Source: Eledone cirrhosa (Eukaryota). Taken from it: a DNA stretch of 64,000 bases. Both the position numbers and the translations under genes were made by a program. Where the stretch lies: contig OZ024745.1 in the NCBI GenBank assembly GCA_964016885.1, positions 115,816,001 through 115,880,000 on the forward strand. Direction: 5' to 3'. Each line of letters begins with the position of its first letter. Positions within the stretch are counted from its first letter, which is position 1. Positions 25,891 to 37,000 of this stretch are shown here, piece by piece. The notes below the pieces were generated by a model. It saw only the letters and a program-made list of their open reading frames with translations. It did not search any database and was not told the origin of the DNA.

Positions 25891-26451
25891 TGAGATAACT
25901 CCGACATAAAACCTGCGCCTCAGTAGTTACCGATGAAGTTATTCTTTTCCTTCTTTTTTGGTTATGGCTACTGTCGCTCAGAGAGTACAGTCTTTCCTCA
26001 CTTAAAAAAAAATCTCCATGCACAGGCATTGCACGATAGAATTAATTGATAATTATTGTTAATGTTATGTCGTGCAATGGCCATACTCGATATCGAGGGG
26101 GCAGCCATCATCATGTATGTATGTATGTTTCTGGTTTTATAATTTCACAAACTTTTACCAATAGAGAGATAGTCGGTTTATAATATAGTTACAAGACTCT
26201 CTCATTGGAATTTACACAACATCAACTGGGTAGATATGTATGTATGTTTTCATGCATGCATGTGTGTGCAGGTATGAATGTTATTGTATGTGTGGAATGT
26301 TATTGTATGTGTAGGTTTTGAGTTGTATATGTGCATGTGCCTACGCTTTGTATCTGTACATGTGTATATACTGTTTATGTATGTATGTATGTATGTATGT
26401 ATGTATGTATGTATGTATGTATGTATGTATGTATGTATGTATGTATGTATG

Positions 26452-27390
26452 TCAGGTCACCAGTTGGTGCTACTGGTAACATGTATCCCAGTACAACCTG
26501 TCTCATGGTCGGGTCGTTGGCGACTAAACTGGCAACCCCACCAGGGTTTCTTGGTGAGGAGGGTGACTTTGGACATCCTGCAGGACAAAAAAAAAAAACC
26601 TGTCAAAGGCCAAAGGAGCTCTTAAGAGTCACTGGCCATCCAAAATCACCAGGAGAGATGACCCCCTTAGCTTTTGTCAAGGCAGAATTCTAGGAGAAGG
26701 AAAACTCTGATATAACACCTGCAACCCTGATGGTATCCAATGATGTTGACTTGTTCTTCTTTTTGGTAAATATCATCTTGGTTAAGAGAGTGGGACTGGC
26801 TTTGTGCAGTGCCTTTGCTCACTATAAAAGCTTCACGGCACAGGCATTGCTTTATATCTGGAGATCTCTCTGCACTTGTCGTCACATGGTAACATGAGCC
26901 AAGCACTATGTGTCAATAATTGTCACAAGTGTAGTGTTTGTACCAGAGTTTTCAAGTCGCTGGCTGGACTAAAAAGTCACACTCGTTCAGCGTATCGGTA
27001 GGGGTTCTCTTACATGGATATAAAGTAGTGGCCGTACTCGAAAACGAGTTGGCAGCCACCTTGTATGTATGTATGTATGGGACTGAAATGTCCACAGTTG
27101 TTGTCAAAACATTTTTCTAAGGAAGGGAAACTCTGAAAAAAAAGCCTGTGGCTTCGAAAGCATCCGATGATGTTGACCAGTTCTTCTTTTCAGATAGTGT
27201 TTTCGATGCTTAGAGAGTGAGATTGGTCGAGTGCAAGGCCTTTCCCCACGTAAAAAACCTTCAAACCACAGGCATTGCTTGTTCAGGATCTGTTACATGT
27301 TCCTGTGGCTGGTCGTAGCCTAAAAGTGCACCATTTTCTGTAATCTGACAAGCGATTGCAATACTCTTAGCAGAGTTTGCAGCCATCATG
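26452..27390 (+). mobile_element. Two related non-coding repeats ending gcagcca(t/c)c-(ATGT)n
   Basis: 26670-26860 resembles 27100-27280; both end in gcagcca..(ATGT)n; similar ends at ~26100 and ~28755. Confidence 0.55.
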
Positions 27391-28344
27391 TATGTATGTA
27401 TGTATGTATGTATGTATGTATGTATGTATGTATGTATGTATGTATGTATGTATGTATGGATGTGTTTCTCGTTTAGGTTTTAAATTTCTCACCAATATAG
27501 AGAGAGAAAGTGGAAGAGAGAGAGAGAGAGAAAGTAGAAGAGCGAGAGTGAGAGAGTGGGGAGAAATAGAATTTAGACACCAGTCTCCATGTTCTATGCA
27601 TGCATGTATAGATGTCCTTGCACATGTTGATCTGTAGGTTGGGATTTCTATAAGCGCATATTCGGTTCTATAAATATACGTGGCTACACACAGATATAAC
27701 TTGCTAAATTTCTGTAATGTTTTACACTGATTTACACTTCCATCAATGGGCTGTAGTTGTACTTTATTAATTAGTCAAGCTCTTTCTAGGTTTATGAAGC
27801 CCAGCTTCTCACGATTTGTACTGAACCAGTTAATAACATAGTCAATTGATGACAGGTACCAATATAAAGCTATACTCCGGGTGGAGTATCGGCAGGTTCC
27901 TCATTAGTGAGGCATAGATAATCTCATTTTCACTTTTAGCTAATCTTTATCACTATAATAACGTATAATTGGTATCTGATTTTCGTTACTGCGCATGCTT
28001 CTTTTCTTAGTCTCATATCCTTATGTCTGGTCTGTTATGCTTATATTTTAGAATTGTTTGACTGTACTCTTTCGCTTTATATTTATATATATATACATAC
28101 ATATCTATGAATGTATATATGTATTTATGTATGCAAGTACATATATATGTATGCATGTATGTATGTATGTATGTATGTATGTATGTATGTATGTATGTAT
28201 GTATGTGTGTGTGTAGACCAGTTCTACTTATTGGACAAATTCGTTCGATGTTCAGAGAGTAGGATGGGTCCCGTACAAAGTCTTTCCTTACTTAAAAAAA
28301 GCTGCTTCAAGCATAGACATCACTTGATATGTGACATTATTTGC

Positions 28345-28645
28345 TGGCAGTATCGGTAGAGGGTCGGACGCCATGCTTTCCAGCATAGTTACGTCCCTTT
28401 ACGATCTGAGTTCAAATCCCGCCGAGGTTGACTTTGCCTTTCATCCTTACGGGGTCGATAAAATAAAGTACCAGTAATGCACTGGGTAATTGCTGGCTTT
28501 GTGCGATAAGTAGAAACAATTATTTGCAAGTTCAAATCCCGCCGAGGTTAACTTTGCCTTTCATCCTTACGGGGTCGATAAAATAAAGTACCAGTAATGT
28601 ACTGGGTAATTGCTGGCCTTGTACGATAAGTAGAAACAATTATTT
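28345..28645 (+). mobile_element. tRNA-derived SINE with tandemly duplicated body
   Basis: Full copy 28345-28525 followed by a second B-box-to-tail unit at 28529-28645. Confidence 0.88.
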
Positions 28646-28821
28646 GCAATGTATGGTATTTCTTGCCATAGGCAAGTCCCTAGCAGGACTAAAAGGCTGC
28701 ATCCGCGATACTCATGCTAAAGTATCAAGTGACGGTATTACTCGAAATCGAGTTTCAGCCATCATGTATTTAAGAATGCATGCACAAATGCACAATTTTG
28801 TACGGCGTAAGTATATATATG

Positions 28822-28880
<59 letters not shown>

Positions 28881-28940
28881 TAGAAAGTGAGTTTTTTTTA
28901 CAAAATGAAAAATAACCGAGGTGTCCTACACGAGTGAAAG

Positions 28941-29222
28941 TATAAAGAAAAAAAGATGAAATCGAAAATGCAACTGGAGTCTTATTAAAAAAAATATATA
29001 TATATTTATTTGGTTCCTTTACCGGTTTCGCAGTTCTTCTGCTTTTCAAAAGTAGAGTTGAGATGGAGGGTCTGTGGTTTTTGTGAGAAAAACCACAGAC
29101 CCTCCATCTCAACTCTACTTTTGAAAAGCAGAAGAACTGCGAAACCGGTAAAGGAACCAAATAAATATATATATTTAAAAAAAAATAAGACTCCAGTTGC
29201 ATTTTCGATTTCATCTTTTTTT

Positions 29223-29229
<7 letters not shown>
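28941..29229. repeat. Near-perfect palindrome, ~140-bp arms, 5-nt loop, containing an HHR-like motif
   Basis: Centre ttttt-gtgag-aaaaa at 29078-29092; the arms are reverse complements, which is why the ORF track shows the same peptide on both strands. Confidence 0.95.
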
Positions 29230-29282
<53 letters not shown>

Positions 29283-29641
29283 GGTAATGTTCAGTTTTTA
29301 CCATTAACATATATATTCTCCTTGGCCAAATTTGTTATTCAAAATCCAACCCTGTCAGCCATGACAAAGCATATTTGAACTCAGAATAAAATCTATACAT
29401 ATCTGCAAGTTCACCAACCATGTTAAAGTACTATCGTCAAATATGTTTAATGTTATTCACATCTGATAGTTGGTTGGAAATCCATTTTAGTCAAATACAC
29501 AATTATTCAGCCTATTGTAAGATTGTCTCTGTTCATATTCCATACCACAATTTCGGAACAAGGTCAGGCCTCAGTAGCGCCTCGTCTGATACAGACTAAT
29601 GACAGATAAAAAAGTGGTTTTGAATAAACGATCACTATGTA

Positions 29642-29677
<36 letters not shown>

Positions 29678-29679
29678 GT

Positions 29680-29990
29680 AATAATTGTTCCTACTTTTGG
29701 CACAAGGCCAGCATTTACCCAGTGCATTACTGGTACTTTTATTTTATCGACTCCGTAAGGATGAAAGGCAAAGTAATAATGATTTCTAGGATAGGCACTA
29801 GGCCAGTAATTTGAAGGAGAGGGAAAGTCGATTAAAACGACCCCAGTGCAATACTGGTGCTTTATTTTATCGATCTCGTAAGGATGAAAGGCAAAGTTAA
29901 CCTTGGCGGGATTTGAAGTCAGACCGTAAAGGGCCGTAACTCTATGCTGCAAAGCATGGTCTCCGACTCTTTACCGATTCTGCCAATCCA
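29680..29990 (-). mobile_element. Composite tRNA-derived SINE copies
   Basis: Full long-subfamily copy at ~29785-29990 plus an adjacent truncated copy at 29680-29773. Confidence 0.8.
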
Positions 29991-30089
29991 CATATGTATA
30001 GTAATAATATTAAATTTGAAGACTAAAATCCAAAGAGGGCTCGATAAGGATAAATGTATATCAAATATATAAAAACCCTCGAGCAAATA

Positions 30090-30851
30090 TTTATTAAAAT
30101 AACAGATTAAATTTGAAGCACAGAATCGCTGCTTTCACCCTTGACGGGAACTTCTGAAACTTTAATAAATATATATATATAAAATTATTTATTAAAATAA
30201 CAGATTAAAGTTTAAGCAAAGAATCGCTGCTTTCACCCTTGACGGGAACTGCTGAAACTTTAATAAATATATATATATAAAATTATTTATTAAAATAACA
30301 GATTAAAGTTTAAGCAAAGAATCGCTGCTTTCACCCTTGACGGGATCTTCTGAAACTTTAATAAATATATATATATATATAATTATTTATTAAAATAACA
30401 GATTAAAGTTTAAGCAAAGAATCGCTGCCTTCACCCTTGACGGGAACTTCTGAAACTTTAATAAATATATATATATAAAATTATTTATTAAAATAACAGA
30501 TTAAAGTTTAAGCAAAGAATCGCTGCTTTCACCCTTGACGGGATCTTCTGAAACTTTAATAAATATATATATATATATAATTATTTATTAAAATAACAGA
30601 TTAAAGTTTAAGCAAAGAATCGCTGCCTTCACCCTTGACGGGAACTTCTGAAACTTTAATAAATATATATATATAAAATTATTTATTAAAATAACAGATG
30701 AAAGTTTAAGCAAAGAATCGCTGCTTTCACCCTTGACGGGAACTGCTGAAACTTTAATAAATATATATATATAAAATTATTTATTAAAATAACAGATTAA
30801 AGTTTAAGCAAAGAATCGGTGCTTTCATCCTTAACGGGATTTTCTGAAACT
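30090..30851 (-). repeat. Tandem array of 8 x ~99-bp units, each with a family A hammerhead-like motif
   Basis: Unit tttattaaaataacagattaaagtttaagcaaagaatcgctgctttcacccttgacggga(a/t)cttctgaaactttaataaa(ta)n; bracketed by inverted pLTR tails at ~29997-30080 and ~30875-30958. Confidence 0.92.
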
Positions 30852-31819
30852 CAGAAGATACTTGCTCTACGTTTTTTTAAATATATTTATATTATATATA
30901 TAATCCTTATTGAGCCCTCTTCGGATTTAGTCTTCACATCTATTTATTATTACTATATATGTATATATATAAATATGTAAGTATGTATACGTAGATACAT
31001 ATATGTATACAGACGTACAATAGTATGTATATATATACATACATGCACACATATATATATGTACGTATGGGTTTACTGAACATTTATTATAATGTTCGGT
31101 TTGTTTGTAAACAAACAGCCCGAATTAAGCCATACAGTGTTCGGCAACCATCTTCGCCCTTTTGTTCAACACTGAGAAAGGAACGATGAACTAGTTTAAG
31201 CTTATTAGCTATCATCAGCATCGTGACGCGCGTCACACCTCCTTTTTATAGTATATATATATATATATGTCTGTGTGTGTATATGATTATTTAGTATGGC
31301 ACTTTAATGTATAATTTACGTCAATTTATTTTAATTCGAGGAAATGGGAGATTCCATCATGTGGAGGAGACAATGCACTGTTACATTTCTTCCGTTTTAT
31401 GTCAGATTTCGCTTCCATCATTTCTGCATCAATAAACTAATGTACCAGGCCAATATTGGTAGGGTTGTTAGAATCGTGGTATTTGTTCTGGTTCATTGCT
31501 TTCTGAGTTGAAACCAACTGTGGTTCACTTAGGTCGTGGATTTACTGTGTTAACGGAATATATAGTGTTGTAATATTATGTGTTCCGTTTTAGGTTGGAG
31601 GATGTTTTCATACCTCTCTTTCAATTAAAGCACAGACTAAAATGTCATCTGCAATATCTTTCTCTCTTGAAAAGCCTATGAAGATATTAAAAAATTGGGT
31701 CCTACAAACATTTCGAAATACGAAGATACGGATGCAAAACCTACTTTCACAACATGTGCCTTATCGAAGTTAAGCTGACAAAACCACTGAAAATATTACA
31801 ATATTCAATTAAAGCTAAC

Positions 31820-31935
31820 CTCCGATAAAATATATAGTATCCTCAACAGCCGTCATTACCATCCTATCCAGACATTTTGGTAAAGTCTGCGGATAATGGT
31901 TATCCAGTTCTTGCCACTGACTACATTCATAAATC
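31820..31935 (-). CDS. Kelch-repeat protein, internal exon
   Basis: Acceptor cttctttattttcAG, donor GTTAGC. Encodes (W)IYECSQWQELDNHYPQTLPKCLDRMVMTAVEDTIYFIG(G). 116 bp, phase 2->1, matching both neighbouring exons. Confidence 0.88.
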
Positions 31936-31986
31936 CTGAAAATAAAGAAGAAACAGATTTAGATAGCTACCTAGATGTTCATTCAG

Positions 31987-32019
<33 letters not shown>

Positions 32020-32634
32020 TGCACCCCCCCCCCCCCACACAAACACACACACATATATATATATATATAGAAAGGATAAAAAGGACGATTGATTATTCCT
32101 TCATTGCATTTATTGATAGGTGACGCGCGTTTCGCCACTGATCAGCTCAAGGTTCGATCTATATCGATCCTAATCGGCAGCTCGACGGACCCTCTTACAC
32201 CCACTGAATATATATATATATATATATATATACATAAATGTAAGTATGTATGTATGTACACGTACATACATATATGTATACAGACGTACAGTAGTATGTA
32301 TATATATACATACATGCACACATATATATATATGCACGTATAGGTTTACCGAACATTTATTATAATGCTCGGTTTGTTTGTAAACAAACAAACAGCCCGA
32401 ATTACGCCGTACAGTGTTTAGGCAACCACGTCACCTTTTTGTTCAATACTGACACATTTAAGTAACTGCCGTACTAAGAGTGAGAAATGAAATTTCGTTT
32501 CATTCTATTCCATTTATATATACATACATATACATATATATCCTACTAAATAATTCGCTGAGAAATCTAACATGACCGTACCACTCTTATAAATACCGGT
32601 AGTTACACTTGCTATGGATCTTCATGATCTAGAT

Positions 32635-32926
32635 CAAGCATGGGCAACCTTTTTCGAGAAGCGGGCCGCATGAGATATGGCTCATCTTCAGGCGAGCCGC
32701 AAGCGCTAATTTACATTCGTGCCCGCATTAAAAAAAATGGGCGGTAACTCAGGTTGTTTTTATTTGTTTCTTCAGAATTCGTACACGTTGTTTGCCTCGA
32801 TCGTAAAAATGATAGAATGATAAATTACGACTGAAAAGTTGGGGCAAAAAAATCAGAAAGCTTTCACTTAGGTGACTTAGGCGAACCATTCAGAAAGCTT
32901 CGCGGACCGCAGGTTGCCCATGACTG
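32635..32926. mobile_element. hAT (Charlie-like) MITE
   Basis: TIR CAAGCATGGGCAAC/GTTGCCCATGACTG; TSD atctagat/gtctagat. Confidence 0.8.
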
Positions 32927-34065
32927 GTCTAGATAATCCGTTGCTGCTGGATCATTGGGGATATGTATAGCTTACAAAATGTTTCAATTCCTCTTCTTCT
33001 GTTGATCGAGGAAACAGTCACAGATAGAAATGAGAACAAACTGAAATTCATTAACATTACGTATTCAATATATAAGCTATTCTAATTACCACCTCGCTTA
33101 ATGGGTACTTACACTATTTATGGTATATTTAGTTTACTTAAAATCTTGATAATCCGAGTCTGCCAACAGTTTTCTGGTGTAAATACAACAATGAGTTGCA
33201 ACATATTTTGTCTGAAGTGCATAAAAGATTACTATCTGTTTCATATTGTCAGTTAAAAAATAAACTAAAATTATACTGATCTATTTCTCCATTAAACCGT
33301 TGCTCTTGTTTCACAGCAATACCACAGTTTTTATTCCATCCTGCTTTCATGCATGATTAGATATCCTGCTGTTGATTACCCTCAGCTACAGTGATAGAGT
33401 AAAATGTTTGTTCATTTTCCACTAAAAATAATGCCAGTAGCATAAAATGCTAGGTTAAGCACGAATAAAATATAAAAGAGAGAGATAAAAAAGGAAGTGG
33501 ATAATTTTAGCACGAAAAGAAAAAAAATGAACAACTAATTAACTGTCAGGTGAAACTCAGGTGAGAACCTGCTTTTACAATTCACCTGGCGTCAGTTCTT
33601 GTTTCGTGTTTGTGGAATACTGTCCTAGTTTTGAAATTTCTTGATCATTGTCTAGAAAAATACTAAACTTCAGAAAATTCTAAGAAGAATATATAACAGA
33701 TGTAAACTAATCAGGTAGCTACAATTGGAAATATTTGTTAGGCAAGTAATTGACAATAAGCAATGTGGAAAATGAGAAACACGTTATGCATGTAAGGAAT
33801 CATATTACAGGTTTACATAAAAGTACTATGAGGGACTTTGACGAGATTGTATGGCTAAAGAAAAGCAGATTTCTGATTTCGATAACATATTACAAACCCT
33901 TAGTTTGTGACGCGAAATAGATAGAAGGGTTGTTAAACGTTATAAATCCTAACATATGTAGCACAGACCGTGAAATGGTGTATATATGTATATCTTCTTT
34001 CGTTTGGGTTGGGGATTGCATCGATTCTCGCTGAATTTATATTTATATATATATATATATATATT

Positions 34066-37000
34066 TGGACCAGGTCAACTTTGCTAATTACATACTTACA
34101 TAATCACTTCCCTCTAGACTCGCCACTTTCACCCACCTTTCAACAAACTTACTAGAAGACAGCACTTGCCTCTCCACCCTGATTTTCCACTTCAAGTGAA
34201 ACTTGAAAAAGTTAATCAGGGATTGGCCGGAGAGGAAAGTGTCCGTCTTCAACCCTTTCAACCTTGTCCACCACACAATCTCTTTTGCCATGGCCACCAG
34301 ACAGATGAAAACTGCCTGCTCATCCTCCTCTTTAAAGAAGGATGGCGGGGCTATCTGCACAATGGACTCAGTCGATAACCGGATCCGTCCTACACGCGAC
34401 AGCAGCTGTTCGACATAGCTCCACAAGTGATCAATCCTCGGGCACTGAACGAGTGCGTGCAGGACGGTTTAGTCGCCCTGCGCGCATCTCGGACAGGCTC
34501 GGCTGACAGCACCTCCGTGCCTGGAGAGCTTATCCCGAACCGGCAACGCTCCCCGGTAGCACTGCCAGGCCCCAGTCTGAAAGTTCTATTGAAGAGAGCG
34601 AACAGCTGATCGTCTTCGACGCCCAGGGTCTCCCCGAGAACGTCGTTGCTCTTTCCTTCCACTAGCCCTCTATAGAACGCTGAGGTGGATGTTCCTCTGA
34701 TACTAGTGCCCAGCTGGTAGAGGGCGGTGAGCGCTTGGAGACATTCCAGCTTCCAAGCGCTATCCCTCGGTCTTTTCCTGATCCAGGACTGCAGCTCCGT
34801 CAAGGAGACGAGCTGGGGAAAAGCGCGTCTGGCAAACGGCGACCACACCTGTTCACCGTCAAGGAAGCACCAGAGATGTCGCAGCCTCAGCGCATGTTTG
34901 CGCATGATCAGCCACGGCTTGCCTAGTCCTCCACGCAACGGGTGTTGCCAATAAACGGATCGTCTGACCATGGGAGCACGTCCCTTCCACAAAAAGCGGA
35001 AGAGAAAGCGTTCCATTTTGATCAGAGTTGGGCGGGGGCAAGGTATGACGATCAGGCGGTAGAAGATGACGGACGCTATGTACGCATTCGCCACTTCCAC
35101 CCGATATTTCGGCCCTATCGGTCCATTTCTGTGTGAGAGAGGCCACCTTGTTCGTCATCTCGCTACAGTTTTTCTCCATATGGAGGTCCAGACCGAACCA
35201 GATCTCGAGCACTTTTAACCGGCCCTTCCGTCCAGCGCCCCGCGACGCTGTCGGACGGCATGGATTTGCCTCTCCAGGTTCCGAGCTGCAAGTCCACCGT
35301 CTTTTCCTGGTTTATCTTTGCTCCTGTCACCACTTCGTATTCCTTTAGAGCGATGTCAAGCATCTGGACGTATTTAGTGCTCGACACCACAACGGTGACG
35401 TCGTCGGCGTAAGCTGATACGGATCTCCCGCATCCCAGTTCGCGTGGAATCCCCCTCATCGTCTCCAATTTGTGAAGTAACGGCTCGAACACCAGTACGT
35501 ACAAGAGGGACGAGAGGGGGAAACCCTGGCGGACCGAGCGCATGATGCTGAAAGGCTGTGACAGGTGACCATTCACACTCACAATTAAGCAGATGTCGCT
35601 GTGCATCGCAGCGATCTAGCTCCTAAAAACGGGCCCGAAGCCGGCTGTCTCGAGGACCGCAGCCTGGTACCGATGGTCGACCCTATCAAATGCTTTAGAT
35701 TGATCCAAGTTGATCAGGACCCCACCCGTGCCAGGTTACTTAACCACACTCTCTATGATGTATCGCATGAGATGGAGGTCGTTGTGGATTGTCTGTCCGG
35801 AATGGCGCATGTCTGCACCTCTCCTACCAGATCACCGACAACAAGCGCCAATCTCTTTGCTAACAACTTGGCCAAAATCTTAAACACTGCGTTTAGCAGA
35901 GTTATGGACCTGAAGCTGTCTATAACGTCCCTCTTGTGCGGGTCTTTTCTCAGCGGCGCCACCGCTGCCCGGCTCACAAAACTGGGGATGCTCCCCTTTT
36001 GCTGCCAGTTGCACTAGACATCTGCTAAGAGGTCGCCGAACACGTCTGGCATATACGCATAAAGCTCGTAGGGTAGACCATCCAAACCTGGCGATTTACC
36101 CCTCGTGCAGTCAGACATCGCTTCCCGTATTTCACCTGCTGTTATCGGCTTTTCGCAGCACTGCGCTGCGGTCGTCGAGAGAGGCGGCAGTCCGTCGAGG
36201 TATGCACCAAAGTCCATACTCCAATCCGGCCCGCCGCCGCTCCCGAACAATCGAGCAAAGTACTGTTGAAAAGTCGCACACATCTGCTCGGGTTCGAGCT
36301 ACATGCGCCCGTTTTGATAAGGCAAACACCGAATTGTGGAGTTGTTGCCAAGTGGCGCCTCCACAACCAGGGCCCATTGAACGGCTTTCATCCCCTCGTA
36401 TCTTAGAGCACGCGCTCTATCTCTGACAACGCAGCCTTCATGCATTGCGTTGAAGAATTGGTCGAGTGCCAATCTCGCCGCAAGCACGTCGGTTGCGATG
36501 CCTGTCCTAAACGCCTCTTCTAACTAACCCTTCTCTACTCTATTTTCCTCTATTACTACTCCTTTGCTAAACCTTATCGATTCTACTCTAATAGCCCTTT
36601 TCAGGGTAAACCACCACATGTTGTTGACGATCCCACCCGTCAACGCACGCTTAACTAATTCGCTAATCCGGTCTCTGTAATCTTTGCGCGCCGGGAACGA
36701 AGCGTTCAGCTTCCAGTAGCCGGGTCCTTGCCTATGGAGTCTATCTAAGTCAACTTCACAGATCACAGATTTGTGGTCCGTGAAGTCAACTACTTTAAAT
36801 TGTGGGCAACCTACACTAGCCTTATGTTTCCCTACAGAATATCCTATCTAAATATGATCTGGATGACCCGATGCGGTTTGCCCATGTCCACATTGGCACA
36901 TTCGGATAATCCAGTCTATACCTGTCAGACAGTTCAAAACGTCTGAGCAGGTTGTTGGGATTTTACATCCTCCTGCCCTGTCTACTAGCTCCACATAATC

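Noticed and set aside
28345-28420. tRNA gene
   Set aside because: A and B boxes are present but there is no cloverleaf; it is the head of a multi-copy SINE.
30090-30851. CRISPR-like appearance of the ~99-bp array
   Set aside because: Units are wholly repeated with no unique spacers; eukaryotic context; no cas genes.
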